A stretch of DNA of 63,971 nucleotides, filler included, from Folioceros fuciformis (taxonomy: Eukaryota), in the NCBI GenBank assembly GCA_049999805.1. It is 4 parts of 4 records of this genome, joined end to end, with 100 filler letters (N's around TTAATTAATTAA, not from the genome) between each part and the next. Parts side by side here need not be neighbours in the genome. Positions count along the whole stretch, not along the records: positions 1 to 28,547 come from JBNGIO010006284.1; positions 28,648 to 53,564 come from JBNGIO010006285.1; 2 more parts are not named here. One strand, 5' to 3'. This document shows, in pieces, positions 21,945 through 34,452 of the stretch. The first letter of the stretch is position 1, and each line of letters opens with the position of its first letter. Below the pieces are notes generated by a model. The model searched no databases. It had not been told where the DNA came from and saw only the letters and a program-made list of their open reading frames with translations. Position numbers and translations under genes: made by a program.

Positions 21945-24900
21945 ATGCGTCGTGTAGTCTCATATGGGGGGCCGAGCAGTGTCCCTGCCTCCCAGAGGCT
22001 TAAGCACAGACTGGCAGAGACAGCTGGCATGCGTGTCTTCTCTGACAGGCTTGGACAGGAGCAAGGGTTTCTGGCTCCAGTTGCTGAAGATGAGGAGGAT
22101 GGAAGGGTCTTGCACAGTACCTCCTGGGCCACACGCAACTTCTTTACAACTGCATCTAACCTGAGGAAGTTTGTGAAGGGTTCCATATTTTGGGGGGGTG
22201 GCTCAGCTTTCAGGGAGCCTACTCAGCCTTCGGAGGACAGGACATCTGAAGGCATCCCCTTGCCAGCTGTTGAAACAGATTCTGGCGACTCAGGTGAAAA
22301 AGGGATTGATGTTCGAGCAGAGTCTGAATCTCAGGTAGGGCAGGCGGATGTGAATGAAATCCAGGCCCGGACAGATTCTGTCAGTGTTCATCTGGTGGCT
22401 CCAGTCTCAGAGTTTAGCCACAAGAGGAGTGTGAGTGATCCGTCGACTTTGAGTCTTCTGAGAGTGGTTTCTGTTGTGGAGGATGGTGGTGGACGAAATG
22501 ACTCTGTTGAACTGGAGGGCTTGTCCTTATCACATTCTGCGAATTCTGACAGTGCCCCTGTACCTCTGGTCGTTGAGCTAAACAATTCTCCTCACCTTCT
22601 GCTGGAACACCAAGGAGACCGTAGGATTGCAAACAAAGAGGACGAAGGACAGATTGTGGAAAGACTCTTTTCTTCTCAAGATTTCACGTGTCAAAAAACA
22701 CCAGAACATGATAGTCGAACTGCAGCTGCTTTGAAGATCCAATCTTACTACAGAAGTAGAGCGGCCAGAAAGCGGTACTTTTCTATGCGGAACAGTGCCC
22801 GAAATGTACAGGCAATGTATCGTGGAAGTAAGGCCGCAAGGGAGTATCAAGGTCTCCACAGGGCGATTGTGCGCATTCAGAGAGCGTGGCGAAGACATAT
22901 GCTCCATCAAAAGCAAAAGGAAGCCCTTGCTGCTGAGGCGTCTTCGCTACAATTTGAGTTCTTGCAACACCGATCAGCTTCTCTGATTCAGAGCTGCTGG
23001 AGGGCGTATGTCCATAGATTAGCAGTCCAAAAACATTTGCAGGTGAAACCAGAACGATGCAATTCTGCCGTGGTTATTCAAAGAAAATGGAGGTCCTGGC
23101 AGCAGGCACGGAAAGAGCAGCAAGAGAGGATGGCAAGGGTGCAAGCAGCGGTGATCATCCAAGCATTTGTACGCGGTGCTGCTGTGCGAAGCATGGTATG
23201 CACTTGGAACCATTCAGCTGCTGTCATCCAAAGGAGCTGGCGGGGTCATCACCAAAAATTGATTACTGATGCAACAGTCAAGATACAGGTACTCAGATTG
23301 ACTGCTGTTGTTGTGACATCAACTACATTGTCTGATGTGGCAAGGAGGTGTTGTAATGGTCAAACTGCCAATATCTTAAGCTAATCTACCAAGTTCATAT
23401 GACTGGCTAGGCATAAAACTCTAATGCTCTCAATTGTCCACTGGCAGGCTTGGTGGCGTGGATGCCATGAACGCCATTGTTATCGTCGTGCTTTGAATCA
23501 ATACAAAACGTCTGTGATAAGGCTGCAGTGTATGTGGCGGAGATATGTAGCGAGGCAGATATTGTTGAACTTACAATCTGAAAAGGGTGTGAAAGAAAAG
23601 GCAGCCATTTGTCTCCAGGCACATGTACGTGGTCATTTAGTTCGTCAGTTAGTTCGACGACAACACATTGCTGCATCAACCATTCAGCGTTCTTGGCGTA
23701 GTTATTGGTAAAGCCAGCTCTGTTGTCCTTGGTGGCGTCAGTTCCCTGTTTTGTTTCCGTCTTCATACTTTTGAGGAATCAACTTGAGAGGAGTTTAACA
23801 TCGTTTTGGCTCCATTGCAGGCATGAGAGAAAATGTTTCGCTGCAGTGATGATCCAGCGCTTGTGGCGTGGATTTAGGGATAGGAGTGCTATTTGTCACC
23901 ATCGTGTGCAGACCAAGTTAGCATGGGAGCTGGCAGCCTCAAACTCGTTGCCTGCTGCAGTTGTTTCAGAGCAATTCGGTTTCGAAACAATGCTCAGCAC
24001 TCATGGTAACACATTGGTGGATAGTCCAGACCAGAATACAATGTCTCAAGTGGTTGCACAGGACTCTCGAGGCATACATAGTTTTGATCATGTACTTTCA
24101 GACGTAAGCAGGAAGGACTGTGTCCAGGTGCGAGATGATAGAGGGCAAAAACTTGAACAAATGCATTATTCATCAGGTGCCGTTCTGGAAGGCAGACACG
24201 TTGAAGGTAGTGAACTAGTAGAGGTGACCAGCTTCGGTTTGGCTATCAATTCAAAAGACAAGTGTGCTGATCTAGCCCAAAAGGGGGCCCCTTTTCAAGA
24301 AAGAGTAGAGAGGTCTGGAGATGACCCATCTTCTCCTGCCTTTGTATCCAATCGGACAACAGATATACCATTTCCTGAGATCACGCAGGATGGGCTACCA
24401 GGAGGTGATGTGCTCGCACCTGTTCCTGCTCATGCTGAGTGCAGAGCTGTAGATGTCTCTGAGGATGGCACACCTGGACCTGACGTGATCAGAAGTTCTG
24501 ATGTGTGCGGGCAGCATGAAGACTGGAATGATGTCCAGATAGATACTTTGGACCAGTGTCTCGACACCTGCCTTGCATCCCTCACACCTTTGCAGGCTAC
24601 ATCGAGTCTGGAGCTGGATGAGCAAGTGCTTCACAATTACCCATTAAGAGCAACAGGAAACAAAGAACATGCAATCCTCAGTGAAGACGGGGATCGTGGC
24701 CAAAATGAGATTACTCGCTCAAACTCTGATACTGAGAATTATGTTGCCATCTCGTCTGTTGATGTATCAATGACGTGTGGAGCATCGAGCGACGTTTCTG
24801 GTGCAGGGCTGCCATTAAAGCCTTCTGAACAGGTACATCTGACAGGATTAAAGTGTTGTACTTGTGTTTGCAGCAGTCTTGTTCGACCCTCACCTCTGGT

Positions 24901-25816
24901 CTCATCTGTGGATACTCCAGAAAAGGCAAACGACACTGCGAAAGCAACCTAATGGTATGCATCAGCTAAGCACGCTGCGAAACGAAGAGAGGCTCCAACA
25001 CTTTGCTCAAGTCTTCCTGCTCCAGCGCCATATCTCACACCAGCAACTGCGAGCACAATCAGCGCCGCCATTTCCTCCTCCACATGTAAGGCAGCCTGTT
25101 TCCTTGTAAGGAACATGCCTGTTGCAGTTGACTGTACCTAGTGTGAGTTGCATCCTTTGGTGAATCCTTAAATAATTTTAATCAAGTCGCTCAAGCAGCT
25201 GAAGAGAGAGAAAGCGGCCACAACTTTGTTGCCAGCTTCCAGAGGTGGCAGCAGCTCATTGTCTTGCTTTGCTCAGAGCCCTGTGGCAGGTCTTGGTGGG
25301 AACCCTGGGACTGATACGGGACGGCCGTCAGATTTAATCGGGACTGGAGCAGGCATTGCTCCAGCTTCAACAGTGTCCCCGCATGAGGTGGGAGAACACG
25401 TTACTAGTGCAACCAGTTCTCCCAATCATGAGCAAGTTCTGCCTGTGGCGGGTCATGAAAGCGTTGGGGGCAGAGCAGAAGATGTAGTTGTAGATATGAT
25501 ACAGCTTCTGAAAAAGCTGGATGGAGTATATGGGGCCTCACAGCCCCATGCAGAGTACCTGACCAGCCCGGTTCTCCTGTCAAAAGAGACCGTCGTGTAT
25601 ATTGGTGAGGAAGAAGAAACTAATGAGGCAAGCAGTAAGGGTGCATTAGAAAGGCGACGTGGCTCGTCGTCACTAAGTCAAGTGGTTGGAGCAAAGCGGC
25701 TAGGTATGCCAGACGTCAATGCTATGCTGGTTATTCTGGTGGCCATGGTTGTTTACACTAGAACTATCATCCGTTCCTCCTTCGTCCGCTCCCGACAATC
25801 ACCAAGGAAGCAGTGA
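21945..25816 (+). CDS. Multi-IQ-motif (calmodulin-binding) protein with low-complexity flanks and a C-terminal hydrophobic segment; multi-exon
   Basis: About 12 IQ-like motifs (e.g. IQSYYRS, IQRAWRR, IQAFVRG, LQAHVRG, IQRLWRG) across ORFs 21918-23384, 23424-23711 and 23705-24952, joined by GT-AG introns. The 3' exon structure (24950-25816) is less certain. Confidence 0.7.
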
Positions 25817-27996
25817 CTGCTGTCTAGTCGATTCTGCATAAGGGAAATATCTGGTGTGAAAGTGTTCTTCCCCTTTCAGGCATGTAGGCCTTCTTCAGCA
25901 GACAGAAAACTCCGGCAGTAGCAATGGCAGGATGAGTGTCAAAGTATCCTGCTGGATGGGTTCTTGCGCATGTACATCGAGCCTTCAGCCGCGAAACCAC
26001 CTGGCTGAACGAGATGCGCACTCTCTAGTATGTGGTAAGAACCTAAGCGCGATGCTCGTAAGACTCTGATATCCTGGCAATATGGATGTTTCATGACATT
26101 GTTGTGGCGTGATGTGGCTTCTTACAATTTTGTCAGGTGGGAAGCAACAACGGGTGAAGTTTTTGGTGGACGAGTTGGATCCCAGGCTACTGCTGCATCA
26201 TTCTTACGACGAATTGAGGTCGGGCCAATGGTAAGTAAAAATTTAGAGAACATTCTTGTACATGATTGTACGCAACTTCACTCGTTCCGTGAAGTTGGAA
26301 TAAATGGACATGAAGTAGCTTGTCTCGTGGACTGCTACTCTTTCAGATCTCCATGTCCAATGTTCTTGGTGTCCGATGAAGACAGATGGCATCTACCCAT
26401 CCTTCCCCCAAGGCCAAGCTCATGTAGGAATTTCTACACAGGAGTACCGACAGTAGGATGTTGAAACAGTGGAGCATCTTCCAGTACTGTGATGACATCT
26501 GTTTGACACACATCGCGTGGAGCAGATCGAATGATTTTAAGACAGGCGCACAGTGCAGCTGCTTCGCTTTGAGCTTCCCGATCCATGCTGTTCGAGCTAC
26601 TGGCTGTCCTTGTGTGCAGATTTCGTGAGGGTCAATACCGCTGGCAGATGCGGACGCCAGTACCGTCTTGCCAAGAACAGTTCTTGTACTTTTAGGTGGC
26701 AATCCCGTTTCACATGTGCAGACGGAGACTTGTCCCAGTGGAGAGGTGACGATGATGCCGCCCTTTCAGTGGCTTCCAACAACGAGCTGACCAGCTTTCA
26801 ATTTCTCCACGGTACGGTGCAACCGGAAAACAACTTCAACCTCGATGAACCAGGGAGGGCCTGAAACTTGCCTGATGCCGACCACATCCTTCAATGCAGA
26901 TAACAGCAGACACACAGCAAGAGGCTCCACCAAAGGGCAAAAAAAAATTTCACAGCAAAAACTGAGAGAAAGCACCTATGACGACGACGCCGGCATCACC
27001 GGCCAGGGAGGAGCACGGTACGGGAGAAGCTCGAGGTTACGATCTTATCTGTCTCTCGCACATCTTCAGCACATACAGACGTAAGGTGCAATCGCTGCCT
27101 CTCCCTCTGCCTCAGTCGGTGATTCTTTGTCCGTTTCTGCTCCCTGCCAGCCCTGTGTCTGCCACTGCCACAACACTACTCTCCTCCCTCTAGCCCACTC
27201 TTACCGCTCTCGCTACGCAGACCTAACCTGTCTTAGCTTCAAATCGGCCATGGATTGACGTCGTCCATACCGGCGAAACAAGAGAGACGCAACAGAAACC
27301 AGCGAGACGCAGCACCGCTACCGCAACGAGCGCGACAGACTGTCCAAAGCCTTACGTCTGATGAGGTCAGGGCTGTACTGGAAGCTGGCTGGCCGCGGCT
27401 GTCTGACCAGATCCCGCTTCCATCACGGCACACTGGCATCAGCACAATGGAAAACCTCCTGCGCGCGCCCCTGCCGCGGCGGCAAGTGAGGAAAGCCTGG
27501 CACTGGCCGATGGCTAACCCCCATCCCGGTAACCTCAACCCAGTGAGTGGTTAGGGAAGTAGGTTAGGGCTATTGTTATTGGTTGTGTGTCGGAATCCTC
27601 TGCTGGCAGGTCAAGCACCACACCCCTTTCGGTGGATGGCGCAACCACTGGCCCCTTTCACACTGTTCTTGATTCACGGCATCAGGAAGCGACACAACCC
27701 GCACATGTGCATGTGCACCAAATCAATATCTGTGGCCCGGCCACACTTGTATGAAACCGCAACCGCAACCCACGGCTCGTTACACAAAATTACCCCGACG
27801 TGGGTAGGCCGGTCGAGGTCGAACACTTTCACAACTTTGTTATAAATCTAGTTGTATCCGACAACTTTTATGTATAGAGACTAAAATTGGTCAAGGACAT
27901 GTGATGTACATAGCTTCCAATACATTATATATTCTTTCAAAACTGGGTTACGTAAACTCCACAACTTTGAACATGAGTTAAGCAAGGGGCAAGGGA

Positions 27997-28121
27997 TTTG
28001 GAACCCACAATTCGGAGCGAACAATTCAGAACCCAGAACCCACAATTCGGAACCCAGAACCCACAATTTGGAACCCAGAACCCACAATTCGGAACCCAGA
28101 ACCCACAATTCGGAACCCACA
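27997..28121. repeat. Tandem repeat, 21-bp unit x~5-6
   Basis: gaacccagaacccacaatt(c/t)g repeated. Confidence 0.9.
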
Positions 28122-28547
28122 ATCACTGAATTGAAAGTTAGATACCATATTCATTAGGTCACAAAGAGCTTCTTACCCAACAAATTTTGTCCCTCCTATT
28201 ACAAATATAAAATAAGAAGTACCATAAGTGTTATATTTGCAATTTGCTTTAAACCTAAAGAAAGTTACATGTTAGATTCATGGTTCCTTTAGGTAGATAC
28301 GATTCACTAACATGCTTGACATGATCTTAAGTTGACATCGGGATCTACATCAATTGAATATTCTCAAGTATTTAAGTGTACTTGAGTCTTCATTATTGTA
28401 CTTCTTGATTCCTTTTGGAATAAAATATTTATATATAATCTCTATCAAAGCTCTGTAGGAAAATAATTATTTTTTAAGTTTTTATTTTTTTTATTTTTAC
28501 ATATGATTTAATCCAATTTTACGAAAATATAGTTTCTGTTCATTTTA

Positions 28548-28647
28548 NNNNNNNNNNNNNNNNNNNNNNNNNNNNNNNNNNNNNNNNNNNNTTAATTAAT
28601 TAANNNNNNNNNNNNNNNNNNNNNNNNNNNNNNNNNNNNNNNNNNNN
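28548..28647. other. Assembly gap with TTAATTAATTAA linker
   Basis: 100-nt N run with a central ttaattaattaa; the same structure occurs at 53565-53664 and 59638-59737. Confidence 0.95.
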
Positions 28648-31600
28648 TTTCTGGACAATGCGGGGATCAAGTTGCGGTGGAGGGGGAGGGCAAGGGCTGT
28701 TGGAGGTGAGGAGGGAGTGGGCAGTGCCGAGCAGGCCTTCTTTCCGCATGTGGGTACCCAACAGGAGCAAGAGCAGGAGCAGGAGCCGGAGCCGGAGCCG
28801 GAGCCGGATTCAGCTGCACCTCTAGCCCGTTACCAGAATGGCACGGTCGAGCAACTGGGACTCGTGCAAGGTAAACATGTTGTGGCCAATGGGGCACTTC
28901 AGGCTGCCCCGACCCAGCCAAGGAAGTGGAGATTTGGAGCAGGCATATGGAGAGACATTATGCGGCGGTTGCCCAGCTATGCCAGTGATTTCATTGATGG
29001 CTTCCACCCCAAAGCCGCGGCTTCTGTCTTCTTTCTTTACTTTGCTTGTCTGGCTCCCTGCATTGCCTTCGGCGGGTTTGTACCCCTCTGTAGCCCACTG
29101 CCATTTCGTCCTTCACAATGGGCTAGATTTGAGAGATGGTAGCATCACTAGCAGTAGCAGCAGAGGGACTGTCTCCCTTCGTATGCACCGCATGTAAACC
29201 TTGGCCGCCCTGCAAATATCAGGTTGATTTCTCATGTGACTGGAGGGTCTATCGGAGTCGTGGAGACTCTTGTTGGGACGGCAGGTACCATACCTACTCT
29301 TCTCGTATTCTGCTTTCCCTATTCCTTGTCCAAGAAGACGCCTCATCAAAGTCGGTAACTCACGCTGCAGATGCACGCACTTGCTTGTGTCAGGTTCAGG
29401 TATCCTGTATGCACTCACTGCAGGACAGCCCTTGACCCTTTTGGGTCCCACAGGCTTGATGGTGGTCTTTTCGGGTCTGCTGTACAAGGTGCTGTTCCTT
29501 CGTTTTGCCAAGATGCTGTGCGTGTATGCTTCAACCAGGGCAAGAGGCTGATGCCCACGAATGTGTTCTCATTTGCAGGCTTCGCTTCAAATGGGTCTTC
29601 CCTTTTTGCCCATTTATGGCTGGGTCGGAATATGGTCCTGCCTCTACCTTCTTCTGCTGGCTGCCATCGAAGCGAGTGATTTGGTAAGCTACGTTGAAAG
29701 CCACAACACACTCTCCCAGCATGTTGTTTTCCATCTACTCCTCACCTTCCTGTCAACTGCAGATCCGTCATTTCACTCGTTTCACAGACGAGACTTTTTC
29801 CGCCCTCATCTCCCTTGGCTACATATCCGAGGCTTGGAAGGTTTGTCATCCCTCCCCTTGTGCCTACTTTTACAGTATGATCCGTTTGAGCGTTGAAACC
29901 CCCAGGATATGATGGCTGGTCGCTTCTGGCAGAGTATCTGCAACATGTTTGGACCAGCAAGTCCCTTCCCGACAGAATCAGCCTTCTTGTCATTAGTTTT
30001 GGCTGCTGGCACCTGGAGAATGGCGACTTTTCTTACTCAGGTTAGCACCACTCTTTGCCCACCTGCATGCTTTATAGTTTTGGGCATGATGGGCAAGGAA
30101 GCCAACGTAATTTCTTGTCGTTTGCTTCTTCACCTGAGTGCATATGATGTTGGCAGCTCAGAACCTCTCGGCTCTTGACAAGGCCCTTGAGATACATGCT
30201 TGCTGACTTTGGACCACCGTTGTCGATTCTCACCATGGCGGCTGCTGCTCATATCCTCTTCCCGGCAATCCGTCTACCGGAACTGGCTATTCCAGCACAA
30301 TTCTCAACGACATCTGGGCGGCCATGGCTAGTCCCTCTTTTCTCCATTCCACCATGGGCGATTGTTGGAGCAGCTGTTCCGGCTGCCCTCTTGACTCTTT
30401 TGGTCTTCCTAGATCAGGTTCATAATCCAACTTGCCAGGTTTCTCTGTTGACAACGGTGAAAGGATTACTGAGGTGCTACTGTATGACATATTATCTGAT
30501 GGGGGTGCACCAATTTGCCAGAATATCACCACAAGACTCATAAACAGTCCGGAGAACCACTTGACGAAGGGGGAAGGTTATCACCTAGATTTGGCTGTCC
30601 TTGGATGTAAGTAAGTTGAACGGTTCATGTTCTTCGTTCTGTTGTGCTGTCTTGGATCAAAGCGTGGACCGCTGAAGGTTGGAGTCTCTGTCCTGACTGT
30701 GTTGCGCAGTGCTAATGGGTGCCGGCTCTGTATTCGGGCTGCCTTGGATGTTTGCATCAACTGTCCCATCTCTCAGCCATGTGCGCAGTCTAGCAACTAC
30801 CTCCAACTCAATTCACCTCAGGCAAGACTAGAGCATCCTTTCAATCTTCTCCAAGTCTTTCTGCGCACAGTATCCATGATAACCCTGCTTCTGAACCCTG
30901 CCGAACAGTGGGGACAATGCCGAGTCTCCTGAAGAGGGAACTGTCTGTGTGCAAGAAAATCGCCTCACAGGCATACTTATACATGTAAGGCTGGGCTGCA
31001 TTGGCCACTAGTTGCAGCTTTACTTGCATCCTCCCAAGCTAACATCTTCTCTTCGACTACGCAGGTCTGTGTTGGAGCATCCTTGTTACTGCTATCCCTG
31101 CTCCGGTTGGTGCCAACTCCGGTGAGCCAGACGGACGCTACGCTCGGTATCATTCAACACTGCTGTTAGTTCTTCACCTATCAACAGAAATGACTTGTCT
31201 GGTATGTAGGTCACGGATGGCATATTCCTTTATATGGGCATCACGAGTCTCGCTGGCAACCAGTTCGTAGAGAGGTGAACACGCGAGTTACCAGAGCAGC
31301 AGCCCATGCCTTTCGACCAAAAGTGTGCTTGAGCCGCTCTAATGCGCTGGCCTCTGTGCAGATTGAAGCTTTGGTTCTTCGATCCAGAACTATATCCTCG
31401 GCACGACTTCATCGAATCGGTTCCCAGAAGGACTCTACACTGTTTCACTGCTCTGCAGCTAGCGTGCGTGGCGGCGCTGTGGATTCTGAAGCACAGTCCT
31501 TGGGGTGCGTCTCACACAACATGTTTCACGCTCAATTGTTGTGACATGCTGCTCTGCTTGCTTTCTCATGTATCCACCTGTGTGCAGGCATCACTTTTCC

Positions 31601-31691
31601 CCTTCTCATACTGGCTCTGTTGCCTATTCGCAACTACGTCGCTGGGTCATTCGTGGCACCTCAACATCTTGCTGTCGTGGACGCTCACTGA
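28648..31691 (+). CDS. SLC4/HCO3- cotransporter (anion exchanger/BOR superfamily) membrane protein, multi-exon; 5' end lost in the gap
   Basis: RRLPSYASDFIDG, FLYFACLAPCIAFGG, AGQPLTLLGPTG, FTRFTDETFSALIS, LVFLDQNIT, GYHLDL, QENRLTG, GIFLYMGITSL and C-terminal FPLLILALLPIR...VVDAH*. Confidence 0.88.
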
Positions 31692-32103
31692 TTAATGAAC
31701 TTGTACTTAGTTTCCAGCACAATTTAGATTCACCATGGGCATCTCCATGACAAATAATCTTCAAAGTGATGAACATCTCAGCGAACGGGAAACTAAAAGC
31801 CATGACCTGATGGCTCAGGCTGCTTCAGCAGAGGACAGACGAACAGGGCCCAGGTTGTAGATCTCAGAGAAAGGGAAACGAAAAGGCGCGAGCTGCTGGG
31901 CCGAGTTTCCACCTTCACCCAAGTCCTTCGACAAAAGGCACAACGAGTTAGACGACAGAGCCCTCACCAAAATAAGACGCCTACACCCGTTCCACTACTC
32001 CACTACAGCGTTATGCTGAATGTGAAGTGTACCATTCCAATAATATGCTGAGGACAAAATTACCACGGCCATGAAGCAACGGCCAGTGGGCACCAGGTAG
32101 AGG

Positions 32104-32679
32104 CTAATCCTCGTCCTCGGCCTCGTTATCGGCGATATTGAAGTATCGCAGTTCATACATGTTCCGGTCTTTGTTGGAGGCAATGACTCGCAACCAATCC
32201 CTTACGTTGTGCTTCTTCAAGTACTTCTTCGTCAGGTACTTCAGATACCTGCACACGGCAAACCAGGAGCCCATGAGAACATACAACAACTAGCTAAAAT
32301 TCACAGCCGAACAGCAAAGGAAACCCTGCCCAAAAAAATAGCACAACAGGACATCCAGCAGGAAGCTCAGTCGCAGAGGAGGTGCTACCAAGAACTCTCG
32401 GAATCGCCAACAGCTAAGCATATCAACTGACCTCTTCGAGAACGCAGATTCGGAGGTGACACTAATTTTGTTGTTGTGACGCGCGATCGTGACGATGTCG
32501 CCAAGGACGCCCGCCTTGCCTCCAACCTTGATCCGCTCTTGCAAAAACTTCTCGAAGGACGCGATGTCCATGATCTTGTCCTCCACTGGCTTGCCGCAGT
32601 CAATGGTGAAGGTGGAGGCCCTCTTCTTGCTCTTAGGGCCCTGGGCCTTCTTGGCAGCAGGAGTCGAGGGAGGCGCCAT
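32104..32679 (-). CDS. RPL22: 60S ribosomal protein eL22, 2 exons
   Basis: [32 protein letters not shown]...SKR | [24 protein letters not shown]...YELRYFNI. Confidence 0.96.
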
Positions 32680-32738
32680 AGCTACGCAACGACTGTAAAA
32701 GAACCGTAATGAGCCCTTCGTTTCAACTATCTAAGCGT

Positions 32739-32750
32739 TAGGGTTTAGGG
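32739..32750 (-). promoter_or_regulatory. Telo-box (AAACCCTA) upstream of RPL22
   Basis: tagggtttaggg about 60 bp upstream of the RPL22 ATG; telo-boxes are typical of plant ribosomal protein promoters. Confidence 0.55.
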
Positions 32751-33087
32751 CTACGGGGTTGGGCATATGAGCGCAGCCATACATACTTATCATGTACATA
32801 AAGTACATATTTGTTGCGTTAGAGACCCGCGAACAGTCACAGCCGACGGGGAACGTGCTGGTGGAAAGCGGCTATTGGCAGGTTGAGAGAATGCGTCTCA
32901 GGAAGCGAGACGTGCGGCCGAGGCGACAGCCTACATGGGCTTTCTTTTTGCTGCGCGGGAAAACGAAGACTCTGTGGTGGAAGGCGTAGCAGAAGCATGG
33001 AGTTTCTTTGAATGTTGGCGAAGTCGGAAATGATGTCGTGAAGGAGATTGTGGAGTGCATTGTTTTGCTCCTCCACCTAGAACGAGG

Positions 33088-34452
33088 ATGGTGACGCAGG
33101 CTGGAGAGCCAAGCCAGGAACGGTTGCTAGGTAGCGCTTATTCACAGTACTATTCCAAGTTCCAGGGTATCCACGACCCGGAAGCGCACCTTAGGCTGGA
33201 GGCTTTTGCAGAATTATCCCGGTACAGAGACATGGTTGAAAGAGCTACGAGCAGGCCATTGCAGTCTGGTGCCAGCGTCTCTGGGCCAAGTGAGTTTCAG
33301 AGCTTGGGAAGTAGGAATCTTCGGTATTCGGACTGGTGCAAGCCCGTTGCTGTCAGCAAGTTCCTCCTTCCGTGGGAATCTGTTCAACGTGCTATAAACT
33401 ACCTGCCACCCGCTGACTCCAGGTCTGTCGTTATGACTCTCGGTGACCATGCCAATGACTCTTCTTACATGCAGTTCAAGGAGCGAGAGAAGCAGAGGTT
33501 GGGGATGGTAGATGAGGATGGAACAAACGTGTTGAAGAAGGAGTGTGAGCCGGCAGGAAGAGCACAGCCTATGTGGCAGTCGCTTCTGGCACAGATCAAG
33601 AATCCTCAGAGAGAGGCTGAGGAGAAGCGGTTGGCTTCAGAGATTGAGTATACGCAACGCAAATTTGATGCCCTTCAACTGACAAGGAAAAACAGTCGGG
33701 TTTGGTCGACCGAAGTTAAGCTTGATAAGGCGGTGGAGGGTGCATTTGATGCCCTATCAAGCGAGGCTGAGATGAGGGTGGACTATGCACTGAACTCGTC
33801 TTCTAGACAGACGATATTGGTATTTCATGAGAACTCAAACATAGAGATTACCGGCGCAGTCATACGTTGCCTGTTACCTGGTGCTTGGTTGAATGACGAG
33901 GTGATTAACCTGTACATGGAATTGCTGAAGGAACGGGAGTTGAGGGAACCGAAGAGGTTCCTCGCTTGCCATTTTTTCAACACCTTCTTCTACAACAAAC
34001 TGTTCAAGGATAAGCAACGTTATGACTACAAGGCAGTTCGGAGATGGACTTCTCAAAAGAAAATTGGTTACTTGTTATCGGAGTGTGATAAGATCCTTGT
34101 CCCTGTCCATCAAGACATCCATTGGTGCCTTGCTGTCATCAATGTGAAGGAGAAGATGGTGGAGTACTTCGATTCTCTCAAAGGGGGTGACCCAAATGTA
34201 TTGGAAGTTCTTTCACAGTACTTTGTGGATGAGGTAAAGGACAAGTCTGGTCAACATGTAGATGTGAGTGACTGGAAGTTCTCGTCTCCTCATGACATTC
34301 CTGAGCAGCTGAATGGATGTGACTGCGGCATGTTCATGTTGAAGTACGCAGATTTCCACAGCCGAGGGGCGAGTCTATGCTTCTCGCAGAAGGACATGGA
34401 TTTTTTCCGGAGGAAAACAGCATGGGAGATACTCCAGTTAGCGGCAAACTGA
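33088..34452 (+). CDS. ULP1-family SUMO protease (peptidase C48; ESD4/ELS-like), no introns in the coding region
   Basis: WLNDEVINLY, FFNTFFY, HWCL (catalytic His), YFDS (Asp) and QLNGCDCGMF (Gln/Cys). Confidence 0.92.
   Translation: MVTQAGEPSQERLLGSAYSQYYSKFQGIHDPEAHLRLEAFAELSRYRDMVERATSRPLQSGASVSGPSEFQSLGSRNLRYSDWCKPVAVSKFLLPWESVQRAINYLPPADSRSVVMTLGDHANDSSYMQFKEREKQRLGMVDEDGTNVLKKECEPAGRAQPMWQSLLAQIKNPQREAEEKRLASEIEYTQRKFDALQLTRKNSRVWSTEVKLDKAVEGAFDALSSEAEMRVDYALNSSSRQTILVFHENSNIEITGAVIRCLLPGAWLNDEVINLYMELLKERELREPKRFLACHFFNTFFYNKLFKDKQRYDYKAVRRWTSQKKIGYLLSECDKILVPVHQDIHWCLAVINVKEKMVEYFDSLKGGDPNVLEVLSQYFVDEVKDKSGQHVDVSDWKFSSPHDIPEQLNGCDCGMFMLKYADFHSRGASLCFSQKDMDFFRRKTAWEILQLAAN

Noticed and set aside
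26093-27554. Several 100-120-aa ORFs on both strands
   Set aside because: No recognisable motifs or consistent splice model; could be a pseudogene or UTR.
27997-28121. Regular short repeats superficially like a CRISPR array
   Set aside because: Head-to-tail minisatellite with no unique spacers, in a eukaryotic context with no cas genes.
28548-28647. Palindromic TTAATTAATTAA within N runs (also 53565-53664 and 59638-59737)
   Set aside because: Artificial scaffolding linker with stops in all frames; not biological. Adjacency across these gaps is unverified.
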